DNA of 64,000 nucleotides from an uncultured delta proteobacterium (GCA_963803435.1 CAWDML010000001.1:2688001-2752000), one strand, 5' to 3'. Shown: positions 12,557 to 21,981, numbered from the stretch's first letter. Notes: a model not told the origin generated them from the letters alone. A program made the numbers and translations.

Positions 12557-13750
12557 ATGCGGCTCGGTGTCTCCATCCTCGTTGCGCTCCTCGCGATCCC
12601 CGTCGCCGGCCGCGTCGCGCACGCCGAGCCTGTCCGGGTTTCCACCATCAAGGGCCAGGTGAGCGCCGCCGTCGGCGAGCTCAAGGCGGCCCGCATGAAG
12701 GAGCGGACGACCCGCGAGGCGCAAGCCCTCCTCGCCCACCGCATCGCCGCGCTCAAGCGGCTCGACAAGCCCCGCACCGACAACGCGCTCCTGGAGCGGC
12801 TGCTCCGCGAGTCGGTCGACGCGGACGAGGCCCTGGCCGCCCAGATCGAGGACGTCCGGCGCTGGCAGCAGGCGGTCCTGCAGGCGGTCCGCGAGGCCTT
12901 CGAGCAAATCGACGCCCGCCTCCGGGTGCTGGCCCCCAAGCTCTCCGAGAAGAACCCGCTGGCCGTACGCCAGGCAGCGGCGAGAGAGATCAGCGAGCTG
13001 CGAGCGGTCCGCAATCAGCTCCGCGAGGAGTTGGTGAGCGCGAAGAACGACGAGCCGCATCGCGAGTGGGCCGCTCACGTCGTGACAATCGATCCGCTGG
13101 ACGGCCCGAGCGAGCTCGCCGACAAGGGCGATGTCCTGGAGCTGACGCGGAAGAAGATCGAGGCCAAGAAGCAGAGGCTGACCCAGCTGATCCGCGAGAA
13201 GAAGATCGCTCAGGCGGCCCGCGACTTCAGCACCGACGCCTCCGCGCTCGACGACGATCTCCGCAGCGGTCGCGTGTCGCGGCGGCCAGGCACGCTCAGC
13301 CTCGCCAACGAGGGCGGCGCCGACCATGCGCCCGCGCCTCCGGAGTCGCCCGCCGACGTCACCCAGGGCAGCCGCGACACGGACCCGGCGGCCTTCGACG
13401 AGGCCGATAACCTCGGCGCCAGCGCGCCCCCGCCGGACGTGGACCCCAGCCGGCAGGGCGGCCTCGAGACTGGGCAGCCCCAGGCCTCGATCCCCGGCGC
13501 GAAGACGTCGGTCCCAGTGACGCCGCCGAGCGCTGCGATCGGCGGTCCGGTCGCGAAGCAGATCGATCCGAACCTGCTGATCAACCTGCGGGTGGACGAG
13601 CTCGACGCCGACGCGGTCGACCTCGCGACACTCCAGAAGCTGGTGGCGGAGCTCGAGAGCCTCCAGTCGGCGCTCGGACAGCAAGCGAAGAAGATCCACG
13701 CACGCGCGAAGCAGCTCGAGAAGGACGAAGCCCGCGCCCAAACCAAGTAG
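12557..13750 (+). CDS. Secreted coiled-coil hypothetical protein
   Basis: Signal peptide MRLGVSILVALLAIPVAGRVAHA, long helical heptads, Pro-rich linker; GGGGAG RBS. Confidence 0.75.
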   Translation: MRLGVSILVALLAIPVAGRVAHAEPVRVSTIKGQVSAAVGELKAARMKERTTREAQALLAHRIAALKRLDKPRTDNALLERLLRESVDADEALAAQIEDVRRWQQAVLQAVREAFEQIDARLRVLAPKLSEKNPLAVRQAAAREISELRAVRNQLREELVSAKNDEPHREWAAHVVTIDPLDGPSELADKGDVLELTRKKIEAKKQRLTQLIREKKIAQAARDFSTDASALDDDLRSGRVSRRPGTLSLANEGGADHAPAPPESPADVTQGSRDTDPAAFDEADNLGASAPPPDVDPSRQGGLETGQPQASIPGAKTSVPVTPPSAAIGGPVAKQIDPNLLINLRVDELDADAVDLATLQKLVAELESLQSALGQQAKKIHARAKQLEKDEARAQTK

Positions 13751-13775
13751 CTCGATGGTATGGTGAGGCGGGCGC

Positions 13776-14921
13776 ATGCTCGTCATCCCCTTGCTGCTCG
13801 CCGCGATCGGGCCGGACCCCTCCGTCCGATATGAAGCCCTCGAGAGCGAGGACACCACCAGCGACTGGAAGTTCTCCTTCCGTCTCTCGGCCGGGGGCGA
13901 GTGGGACACCAACGCCAAGCGCGCAATCAAGGGGACCTCGGGGAGCGACGTGGTCGGCGATGGGTTGATCCGCCTCCTGGTGGATACCGACGTCCGCTTC
14001 GATCCGGCCCCTGGGCACCAGATCTCCGCCGGTTACTTGCTCGGCGCCAAGCGCTTCTTCGGACAGGGCGGCGAGGACCTCCTGGTCCACAACCTCTTCC
14101 TCTCCACGGCACACACCCTGACCCCATGGCTGGTCGTGACGCTCGCCGGGGCGGCGAAGATGAGCCGCATCCGCAGCAGAACACGCGACTACAACCTGGC
14201 CTATGGTGAGGCGGCGGTGCTGGTCAGGCCGCTCTCGCTGCTCGAGCTCGAGGGGCACGGCGGGCTCACGCTCTTCACGTTTCCGGCCGAGTCGAACTAC
14301 GACTACCTGGGCCCGCGCGCGGGCGCCGCGGTCCACGTTCGTCCGGTCCGCGGCCTCACGCTCACCGGCGGCTTCGACTGGGTCTGGCGCCGCTACGACG
14401 GCAACGCGCTGGTGATCGGAACGGCGCTCGACGAGAACGGCGTACCCGTCAACCGTCTCACGTTCTGTACCCCGGAGGACCAGGCGTCCGGGATCAGCTG
14501 CACCGCCCGCGGCGACCGCCGCGACACCGAGGCGCAGATCTCCATCAACGCGGTCTACCGCGGCACGTTCGTGGTGGGAGGTGGATATCTGCTGCGGCTG
14601 CAGCGGTCGAACTCGGATCTCGAGCAGGTCGATCGGCACCGTGTCTCCGCATTCGCGACCGTCGGCCTCCCCTTCGACTTCATGGTCAACCTGGTCGCGG
14701 CGCTGCAGATCAACAACGGCGTCTCCATCACCGACACCAAGTTCCTCGCCGAGGACGACGAGAACCAGAACAGCCTCCAGGCCGGGATCGGCTATCGCAT
14801 CACCGAGGATCTGGTGGCCGAGGTCAGATACGCGCTGTTCGCCAACCAATTCGCGACGAACGATGTCAGCTTCCTGCGCCAGACCGTCTACCTCGGGCTC
14901 GGATATCGGGCCGGGCAGTGA
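13776..14921 (+). CDS. Outer-membrane beta-barrel protein
   Basis: Signal-like N-terminus, alternating amphipathic strands, C-terminal QTVYLGLGYR. Confidence 0.75.
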   Translation: MLVIPLLLAAIGPDPSVRYEALESEDTTSDWKFSFRLSAGGEWDTNAKRAIKGTSGSDVVGDGLIRLLVDTDVRFDPAPGHQISAGYLLGAKRFFGQGGEDLLVHNLFLSTAHTLTPWLVVTLAGAAKMSRIRSRTRDYNLAYGEAAVLVRPLSLLELEGHGGLTLFTFPAESNYDYLGPRAGAAVHVRPVRGLTLTGGFDWVWRRYDGNALVIGTALDENGVPVNRLTFCTPEDQASGISCTARGDRRDTEAQISINAVYRGTFVVGGGYLLRLQRSNSDLEQVDRHRVSAFATVGLPFDFMVNLVAALQINNGVSITDTKFLAEDDENQNSLQAGIGYRITEDLVAEVRYALFANQFATNDVSFLRQTVYLGLGYRAGQ

Positions 14922-14935
14922 TAGTCTCGTCGGGG

Positions 14936-15316
14936 ATGGAACGGGAAAAGCGGAGAGCAGAGCGCCATAAGGTCCGTTTCAAGCTCGTCTACGACGACGG
15001 CAACACGTTCAACGCAGGGAGCGTTCGAGATGTCTCGGAGACCGGCCTCTTCCTCGAGACCGCGTTGCCGCTGGCGATCGGGACCCGCGTGATGATGACA
15101 CCGCTCGACTCGGACGAGCTCTTCGAGGCGCCCGGCCGGGTCGTCCGGGTGGTGGAGTACGACGGCGCGAACCCCGGCGGCATGGGCATCGAGCTCATCG
15201 ACGTCGACGAGGACGAGCGCCGGAACATCGTGGCCATGATCCTGCGACTCGAGACGAAGACCGAGACCGGCACCGTGGATCCATTCCTCGGCGTGAAGAT
15301 CCAGCAGCACGAATGA
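14936..15316 (+). CDS. PilZ-domain protein
   Basis: RxxxR (RRAER) and DxSxxG (DVSETGLF); GMGIEL. Confidence 0.88.
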   Translation: MEREKRRAERHKVRFKLVYDDGNTFNAGSVRDVSETGLFLETALPLAIGTRVMMTPLDSDELFEAPGRVVRVVEYDGANPGGMGIELIDVDEDERRNIVAMILRLETKTETGTVDPFLGVKIQQHE

Positions 15317-16701
15317 TCCGAAGAGCATGGCTCCTATCGTGCGTGGCACTCGCCGCGAGCGCTGTGGCTCACGCCGACGACACCCACTATCAGGACTATC
15401 CGCTCGGCGGACGCGCCGTCGGGCTGGGCGGCGCCTACGCCGCGATCGCCGACGACCCCAGCGGGATCTTCTTCAACCCGGCCGGCATCGTGAATGCGCG
15501 CCGCGGATCGGTGCAGATCTCGACGAACCTCTACGGGCTCGAGATCGACGACAGCTTCTTCTCCGCCTTCGAGCACCTGAGCGATTTCAACAACGTCGCC
15601 ACCGAGCTCAACGTCATCCCCACCTCCGCCAGCTTCACCTCGGTGATCGAGGAGGACAAGAAGGGCCGCCCCATCACGGCTTACGGGTTCGGCTCCTTCG
15701 TCCCCTCGTACCGCAGCTTCAACTCGCGCTCGCTGACCGAGCTGCCCTCCGACCAGGACCTCTCCGGGTGCCACAGCCTGGCGTACAGCCGCAATCTGGT
15801 CGATCGCACGTTCCTCTTCGGCGGCGCCATGGCGCACCGGATGAGCGACGTCTGGAGCTTCGGCGTGAGCGGGTTCCTCTCCTACCGAACGCTCAACGAT
15901 CAAGAGGAGACGTCGTGCTTCACGGAGACCGACGGCGGTACGGTCTTCGCCAGCGGTGAGACCAACCTGCGTCTGGCGGTGGCCGCGCTCCTGATCTCGC
16001 TCGGCATCCAGGCCGAGCTCGGAAACGGCTTCACTCTGGGCGCCACCGTCACCTCACCCACCATCCGGGCCTTCGACTTCGCGGACGTCACGCTCCGACA
16101 GACCTCCGCCGATCCGAACACCGGAGCCTCGAGCTTCGACCTCGACGAGCTCCGCGATCTCCGGGCCAACACCCGTCTCGGGACGGCCTTCCGGATCGGG
16201 GGCGCCTACGTGGTGCCGCGGAAGGTCACGCTGGCCGCCGACCTGACCCTGAACACGGCCGCGCGCTACTCGCTGTTTCAGGTCCCGCGCTCCGACCGGA
16301 AGGTGCTCGACGCCCTCACCATCGTGTCCGACGTGGAGCGCCGCTTCACCGCCAACTTCAACCTGGGTGTGGAGTGGTTGGTCATCGACCCCTTCTCGAT
16401 CGCCGCCGGCTTCTTCACGAACTTCAGCTCGGCACCGGCAATCCCGGGCGCGCCCGGCGACACCTTCGTGAGCGACCGCCTCCCGCACCTCGACACTTTC
16501 GGCGGTGCGCTGGTGCTCGGCTTCTTCGGGGGATCCTTCACGCTCACGCGCATCGGCTTGACCATGTCCTATGGACAAGGCACGGACGTCGTCCCGCGCT
16601 TCGCGGGTCTGGGGGCACTCGGGCGTCGCACGGAGTTCGTCAAGGCCGACGTCAGCCAGCTCTTCGCGTTCTTGTTCGTGAGCTCGACGTTCCGCTACTG
16701 A
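15313..16701 (+). CDS. FadL/OmpP1-like outer-membrane transporter
   Basis: GGRAVGLGGAYAAIADDPSGIFFNPAG hatch motif, beta strands, terminal STFRY. Confidence 0.82.
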   Translation: MIRRAWLLSCVALAASAVAHADDTHYQDYPLGGRAVGLGGAYAAIADDPSGIFFNPAGIVNARRGSVQISTNLYGLEIDDSFFSAFEHLSDFNNVATELNVIPTSASFTSVIEEDKKGRPITAYGFGSFVPSYRSFNSRSLTELPSDQDLSGCHSLAYSRNLVDRTFLFGGAMAHRMSDVWSFGVSGFLSYRTLNDQEETSCFTETDGGTVFASGETNLRLAVAALLISLGIQAELGNGFTLGATVTSPTIRAFDFADVTLRQTSADPNTGASSFDLDELRDLRANTRLGTAFRIGGAYVVPRKVTLAADLTLNTAARYSLFQVPRSDRKVLDALTIVSDVERRFTANFNLGVEWLVIDPFSIAAGFFTNFSSAPAIPGAPGDTFVSDRLPHLDTFGGALVLGFFGGSFTLTRIGLTMSYGQGTDVVPRFAGLGALGRRTEFVKADVSQLFAFLFVSSTFRY

Positions 16702-17159
16702 CCCTTGAAGCTCGCGACGATCTGGTCGAACTCGACCTTCGCCTCCTTGAGGACAGCCGGCGCGTCGAGAACCGTCAGCAGCACCGAGCGCACGTAGCCG
16801 TCGCCAAAGCTCAACAGTGCCAGGGTCATCACCGGCATCTCGTCGAAGACGTGACGGAACTCGGCGGTCTTGGCCGGCTGGCCGTCCAGCGTCATGTCCT
16901 TGACGGAGACGACCTTGGCGCGGGCGCGATCCTTCACGTCGTTGAGGCCGCGAGACAGCGCCTCTGAAGGAACGGCGTCAGCGTCGACCTTTGTGAAGTT
17001 GAACCCGAGCGTGCGCCGGTATTTGGGCGTCTTCGTCTTGGCGACGGTCGGCCCTGCGCTCATCGACGGCATGGTGTCCTCTTTACCGAGACAGAGGAAC
17101 GCGGTCGGGCCGTAGCCGGCCGGGATCTCAATCTTGGCGACGCCCAGCTCGACCTTCAT
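16695..17159 (-). CDS. DcrB/DUF1795 (PsbP-like fold) protein
   Basis: From ATG 17159: KIEIPAGY...VSVKDMTLDGQPAKTAEF...SVLLTV...FDQIVASFK. ATGA overlap with the upstream paralog. Confidence 0.55.
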   Translation of the reverse strand: MKVELGVAKIEIPAGYGPTAFLCLGKEDTMPSMSAGPTVAKTKTPKYRRTLGFNFTKVDADAVPSEALSRGLNDVKDRARAKVVSVKDMTLDGQPAKTAEFRHVFDEMPVMTLALLSFGDGYVRSVLLTVLDAPAVLKEAKVEFDQIVASFKGQ

Positions 17160-17611
17160 GCCTCGACCTTTCGCGGGAAACCACTCAGCAGCGAGCGGGC
17201 AAAGGCGAGGACGTCGCCGCGGATCGCCTCGAAGCGATCGCTCCGCTGCGTTGCCGTGAGCGTGTAGAGATCCCCGTCGAGGAGCAGATAGAAGACAGCC
17301 TGGCGCACGCCGCCGACCGAGGCGTCGGGGTACGTCCACTCGACGAGCTCCACCTTGGTTCCGTCGAGCTCGACCTCGCCCTGCTCGAGCACCCGCATCC
17401 CGGGGAGAGAGCGCCGGACGCTGGAGACGTCCGCGTCACGAACCGCGGCGGGCACGCTGCCCGAGCGCACGTCGGTCCGGAGCTGCACGACCATCGTGCC
17501 CGCGAACGGGATCCGATCCTCGCTGAGATCTGCGCCCTCGAAGTGGATGGTGAATTGGGTCGGCTTCCAGCAATCCGGAATCCTCAGCGTCGCCCCTGCG
17601 TCCTTCGTCAT
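17156..17611 (-). CDS. DcrB/DUF1795 (Eag-like) protein
   Basis: LRIPDCW...RSLPGMRVLEQGEVELDG...EWTY...RQAVFY...LYTLTAT...FARSL matches the DUF1795 pattern as recalled; not HMM-verified. Confidence 0.65.
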   Translation of the reverse strand: MTKDAGATLRIPDCWKPTQFTIHFEGADLSEDRIPFAGTMVVQLRTDVRSGSVPAAVRDADVSSVRRSLPGMRVLEQGEVELDGTKVELVEWTYPDASVGGVRQAVFYLLLDGDLYTLTATQRSDRFEAIRGDVLAFARSLLSGFPRKVEA

Positions 17612-17644
17612 GGCCTCGCTTCTCCTCTCTACTCAGGACCGGCG

Positions 17645-20551
17645 TCAAGCGACGGCGCCCAGCGTGTCCAATTTGGGAAATCCGTCCGGCGAGACGTGGA
17701 TCGCATAGGCGTCGCCGGCGCGGCTGTGAACCACGAACCGGTAGTCCTCACCGCCGCCTCCCCCGAGCAGCTCGACGCGCTTGACCTCGACGCCTGCGAT
17801 GGCCTTCTCGACCGCGGCGGCGGCGAAGTCCTTCAACACGCCCGTCCCCAGGTCGAGATTCTTCACGCTGCCGAGATCGACGAGGCCGTACGGATCGACC
17901 TCGATCTCGAGTCGGCCCCGCTCACCCTTCTTGCCTCCGCCGATCTCGCCGGTGACCACGAAGTGCGTCCCCTTGATCTCTGCGGTCCCGTGGAACTTCG
18001 GTGCCTCCTCGCCCGGGTCGGCGTTGCCGATCAAGGGGTGCACTCGGCGCCAGAGCACATCGAGCATCTCTTGCGCGATCGCGACCGCACGCTTCTCGTC
18101 GACCGGCCAGTGCTCGCGAAGCTCGGTGTCGAGGCGGGTCTCGTGCTCCTGGTAGCTCTCGTAGATCTTGACCAGGTCCGACAGGTTGGTCGGCTCCCAG
18201 CGCTCGGCGAGGACGTGCGCCGCGAAGGTCTCGATCTCGTCGAGCGAGTGGCTCTTCACCACCCGCTTGCCGATGATCGGGATACCGGCGGCGATCATCT
18301 GCCACGTCTTGAGCTGGCTGCGATCGAAGTCGTCGCCGAGCTCCTTGACCGCCTTGGCGAGCTGCACGAACTCGTCGTTCCGGAGGCGGCTGTTCTTCCA
18401 CGCGGACACGAAGTCCGGGAACGACATGCCGGCACCGCCGTCGAGGAGCTGCTTGATCGCACGCAGGAGCTTGATCCGCGCGTTCACCCAGCGCGCCCGC
18501 GGATCCGCCACGAAGTCGTCGACCGAGGCCTGACGCAGGATGTCGGTCTGCACGGTGCGCTGAATATCCGCGCTGAAGAGGTGGCTCCATGCGGTCCGGA
18601 AGCCCTCGGCGGCCTTCTTGGGATCGCCCGTGCCCAGCGCTTCCAAGCGATCCGCAAACGCGGTCAACGCGTCGTACACCGGCTTCTGGAACGCCTGGTA
18701 GTCGGCCAGATCCTTCTCGCCGAGGAGCGGCATGATGGCCTCGAGCCCCTCCACCACCTTCCGGATCACGCCGGCTTCCTGCGCACAGAGGGCCTTGAGC
18801 TCGGCGGGGCTCGCCTCGAGGAACTTCTTCGGATCGGCGTACCAATCGAGCAGGACCTCGTACTCGGTGGCGTTCGGGCGCCCCCGCACGTACTCGATGC
18901 CTTTGGTAGCCCGCATCTCGAGCGCCTTCTGCTCGGCCTTGTTGCCGAGATAGGCGCCCAGCAAGCGCGGACCGAAGCCTGCCACGAAGCCAAACGGGAA
19001 GAACGCAAGGTCCGTCAGGAGGATCACCGCGCTCAGGCCGCCGACGCCGAGTCCCTGGGCGAGCGGGCCCTTGAGGAGCTTTCCGAAGGTCTCCAGCCAC
19101 TTGGCGTGGTCATCGAAGCCGAGGGATCCGATGTCGTGGACCAGCGCGCGCGCGTCGAGCTTCTGCTGGCCGGGGAGGAGCGGGTGGTCGAGGTTCGGCC
19201 AGAGGTCCTTGAGGTCGATCGCGCCGGCAAACGCCAGCCGGGCCACGCCCATCAGCTCGGGCAGGCTCGGCTCCTTGCCGACCATGACCTTGAGCGCGTC
19301 GATGGAGGCCTGATCGAGGCGCGGCGCATCGCGCGTGTCGAGGTAGCGCTCGATCCCCAGCTCCGCCTCGATGCAATCGATGGAGTGCGAGAGCGGCGCG
19401 TTCACGAGCGAGAGCGTCTCGTGCACGTTGATCGCCACGAGCCTGTTGATGGACTTCCGAAGCTGATCCTCGGAGAGCACTCGGTCCGGGCGGATCCCGA
19501 CGGCAACGTCTTTGAGCTGCTTCGGATCGACGGCGGCCAAGAGGGCCGCGCGCGCCTGTGCGAGCGGTTCGCCGACCTCCTTCTTGACGACCACGGGATC
19601 GAGCGTTGCACCTCCACTCTGCTCGGTGAGCGCGTCGAGCTGCGCCTTTGCCGCCTCGGCCGCCCTCAGGTAGGCGTCGAAGTGCGCGGTCAGCCCAGAG
19701 GCGTCCGGTCCGTGCATCTGCAGCAGCGCGCCGAACAACGCCACGTCCCCTTCGAGCCGGCGCGCGAGCTCATCCGGCTCGGGTACCGGCTTGGCGGCGC
19801 GCTCGTGCAGTCGGAGCAGCTCGTTCGCGACGTTGGGATCCTCGAGGAAGTTGACGCCGTAGGTGCCCTTTCGCTCCGAGATCGCTTTCTTCTGGAGATG
19901 CTCGCCGACGGTGAAGCCACCCGACATCGCGGTGATGAGCGCGATCGAGAGCGCGTCACCCGTGATCAAGCCGTACCCGCCGAGGGCGGCGGCGCCCATC
20001 ACCGGGGTATAGGGCGCGTACATCTTGAGCGCGAGGCGGGCCAGATCGGCGGAGCTGACGGAGTTTTCTTCGAGCTTCCAGTCGAGCGCGCGAGCGTCGC
20101 GGTACGTCTCGCGCTGCGGGGGCGTCATCAGAGGCTCCAGCATCCGGAGCATGTGCGCTTCCTCTTTACAGAGCCGATCGCCGGTGAGCGCGAGGAAAGT
20201 CTGGAGCTCGCGCGTCTCGAGGGTGTGCTGCGGCGCTTCGCCCCCTGCGATCCGGCGGAGGTCGTCCCCATACTTGAGGATGACGTCCTGGAAGTAGGCG
20301 GCCTGGATGGGGTCGCGCAGGGTCAGATGATCCAGGTGCAGCTGGCCCGCCAGGGCGCCGACCGCGGGATCGCTCGCCAGTCGATCGGCGGAGCCCACCT
20401 GCTGCTCGAGCTGCCGGTCCTGCTTCTGGAACGCCTTTTTGCTGTCCGCCTCGGGCGCGACCTCGGCGATGTCCGCGATCGTTCGCAGCTCCCCGTACTT
20501 GTGAAGCAGGAGCGGCGCGACAGCCTTGCGGTCCCCGGTTTCAAACCCCAT
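17645..20551 (-). CDS. Large (968 aa) hypothetical protein with two Gly/Ala-rich hydrophobic hairpins
   Basis: Long ORF with genome-like codon usage; GGAGGG RBS before ATG 20551; no recognised catalytic motif. Confidence 0.8.
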   Translation of the reverse strand: MGFETGDRKAVAPLLLHKYGELRTIADIAEVAPEADSKKAFQKQDRQLEQQVGSADRLASDPAVGALAGQLHLDHLTLRDPIQAAYFQDVILKYGDDLRRIAGGEAPQHTLETRELQTFLALTGDRLCKEEAHMLRMLEPLMTPPQRETYRDARALDWKLEENSVSSADLARLALKMYAPYTPVMGAAALGGYGLITGDALSIALITAMSGGFTVGEHLQKKAISERKGTYGVNFLEDPNVANELLRLHERAAKPVPEPDELARRLEGDVALFGALLQMHGPDASGLTAHFDAYLRAAEAAKAQLDALTEQSGGATLDPVVVKKEVGEPLAQARAALLAAVDPKQLKDVAVGIRPDRVLSEDQLRKSINRLVAINVHETLSLVNAPLSHSIDCIEAELGIERYLDTRDAPRLDQASIDALKVMVGKEPSLPELMGVARLAFAGAIDLKDLWPNLDHPLLPGQQKLDARALVHDIGSLGFDDHAKWLETFGKLLKGPLAQGLGVGGLSAVILLTDLAFFPFGFVAGFGPRLLGAYLGNKAEQKALEMRATKGIEYVRGRPNATEYEVLLDWYADPKKFLEASPAELKALCAQEAGVIRKVVEGLEAIMPLLGEKDLADYQAFQKPVYDALTAFADRLEALGTGDPKKAAEGFRTAWSHLFSADIQRTVQTDILRQASVDDFVADPRARWVNARIKLLRAIKQLLDGGAGMSFPDFVSAWKNSRLRNDEFVQLAKAVKELGDDFDRSQLKTWQMIAAGIPIIGKRVVKSHSLDEIETFAAHVLAERWEPTNLSDLVKIYESYQEHETRLDTELREHWPVDEKRAVAIAQEMLDVLWRRVHPLIGNADPGEEAPKFHGTAEIKGTHFVVTGEIGGGKKGERGRLEIEVDPYGLVDLGSVKNLDLGTGVLKDFAAAAVEKAIAGVEVKRVELLGGGGGEDYRFVVHSRAGDAYAIHVSPDGFPKLDTLGAVA

Positions 20552-20651
20552 GCACCCTCCTACGCTCGAAATGAGAGCGTTCAGCCTACTTTTCGTGAGA
20601 GGGTCCCGCAAGCGGAGAGCGGCAGGAATCGATTCCGTGCGGTGTGGACAG

Positions 20652-20687
20652 AAAAGCAAAAGGCCGGACTCGAGGAGCCCGGCCTTT
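20652..20687 (-). terminator. Intrinsic terminator after the 117-aa gene
   Basis: Minus strand GGCCGGGCTC-CTC-GAGTCCGGCC followed by TTTTGCTTTT. Confidence 0.8.
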
Positions 20688-20720
20688 CATCGGTCGCTTG
20701 GTTCGTCGAATCGTGAGGGC

Positions 20721-21074
20721 TTACTTGCCCACGCGGTCGGCCAGGTTCGGACGGACAGCCGTGGTGACGGCCGCGGCGCTGTGCGTCGCGAGCATCAGCG
20801 TGGCCGCGCCCTCGGCCGCGGTCAGCATCGAGAACCCGATGCCGTTCGCGATGTCGCCACCGCTGAACTTCTCGACAGCCCGGCTGAGGTCGTTCATCGC
20901 CTGGTCACCGACCAGCTGGGCCGCACGGCCGTACGCGAAGGCCTGCACGCCGCCCGTGATGAGGCGAGCGCCGCCGATTTCCTTGGCGCCAACGTAGTCA
21001 TTGAAGCGATCGGTCGACTGGACGGCGGCGCCCCACGGAATCAAGGTCTTGGCAGTTCCACTAACGAAGCTCAT
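20721..21074 (-). CDS. Small Ala/Gly-rich amphipathic hypothetical protein
   Basis: GAGGAGA RBS, own terminator, upstream promoter motif, no signal peptide. Confidence 0.75.
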   Translation of the reverse strand: MSFVSGTAKTLIPWGAAVQSTDRFNDYVGAKEIGGARLITGGVQAFAYGRAAQLVGDQAMNDLSRAVEKFSGGDIANGIGFSMLTAAEGAATLMLATHSAAAVTTAVRPNLADRVGK

Positions 21075-21171
21075 GGTCTCTCCTCGCGGCCGACAGCCGC
21101 TGTAACAGTTGGGCTTGTTTGCCCTTGTTCAGTTGCCGCCGGCCTACTGTCCCGGCTGCTTTGTTGACCAC

Positions 21172-21202
21172 GTTATCGGAGTGAACCAGCGCTAGTTGCT
21201 TA
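21172..21202 (-). promoter_or_regulatory. Sigma-28 (FliA)-like promoter
   Basis: Minus strand TAAGCAAC-tagcgctggttcact-CCGATAAC, i.e. GCAA-N15-TCCGATAA versus consensus TAAA-N15-GCCGATAA. Confidence 0.55.
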
Positions 21203-21438
21203 CATCGAGCGACAACGGACTACCTTAGTGCCGTATGCTAACTGCCCGAAATCGCCCGAACACCGACCTGAAGGTCCTACAAACACACATGATCATCGGA
21301 TCTTTATCGGATTGGGGGCGGACCGCGGAACAGATCGGCCTGTCCCCCGTGTCTTGATCACCAGACTCGACGCAGGGCTTCGTCCCGCGTCGCCTTGAAC
21401 CCCGCCGGGCGCGAAGACCCCGGCAGAGGAGAAAAACG

Positions 21439-21927
21439 ATGCATCCAGGCGTGTTCTATCGCTGGAAGCGCGGCCGTGAACGGGCCGCCGAAGCGTGGGC
21501 GGGCTGCGGGCCCGACCACCACCCCCACCACCACGAGCGATTCGAGGCCGGACGTCCGGGCGCCCCGTTCGACGCCGGCCCAGGCGCCCCGTTCGGCGTG
21601 CGACGGCCGCTGCGCTTCCTGGCGCACAAGCTCGAGCTCGACGAGGCCCAGATCCAGAAGCTGGCTGCCATACTCAACGACCTGAAGACGGAGCGGGCCC
21701 AGGCCGCGGTCGACGACCAGCGGACCATCGCCTCGATGGCCCAGGCCCTCGAGAGCGACGTGTTTGACCAGACCAAGGCCAAGGCCGCCCTGGACCTCAG
21801 GGTCACCAGCGCCGAGCGGCTTCGGGACGCGGTCCTGGTCGCCATGGAGCGGACCCACGCCATGCTGACCCCCGAGCAGCGGTCTGCCCTCGCCTACCTG
21901 CTCCGGTCCGGCGCCCTCTCCATCTAA
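21439..21927 (+). CDS. Spy/CpxP (LTXXQ) family protein with His-rich N-terminus
   Basis: LELDEAQ and HAMLTPEQR motifs; CGPDHHPHHHE; AGGAGA RBS. Confidence 0.8.
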   Translation: MHPGVFYRWKRGRERAAEAWAGCGPDHHPHHHERFEAGRPGAPFDAGPGAPFGVRRPLRFLAHKLELDEAQIQKLAAILNDLKTERAQAAVDDQRTIASMAQALESDVFDQTKAKAALDLRVTSAERLRDAVLVAMERTHAMLTPEQRSALAYLLRSGALSI

Positions 21928-21954
21928 ATCTCCCGTCCCCTCCCCTTCCCACCC

Positions 21955-21973
21955 CTGCCGGCGCCGCCGGCAG
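21955..21973. terminator. GC hairpin between convergent genes
   Basis: CTGCCGGC-GCC-GCCGGCAG; U-tract weak. Confidence 0.4.
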
Positions 21974-21981
21974 TGGGTTCT

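Noticed and set aside
17543-20716. 1057-aa plus-strand ORF
   Set aside because: Antisense shadow of the minus-strand gene, which has the RBS, operon context and codon pattern.
21291-21311. Second CCGATAA-like -10 on the minus strand
   Set aside because: No matching -35 element at the expected spacing.
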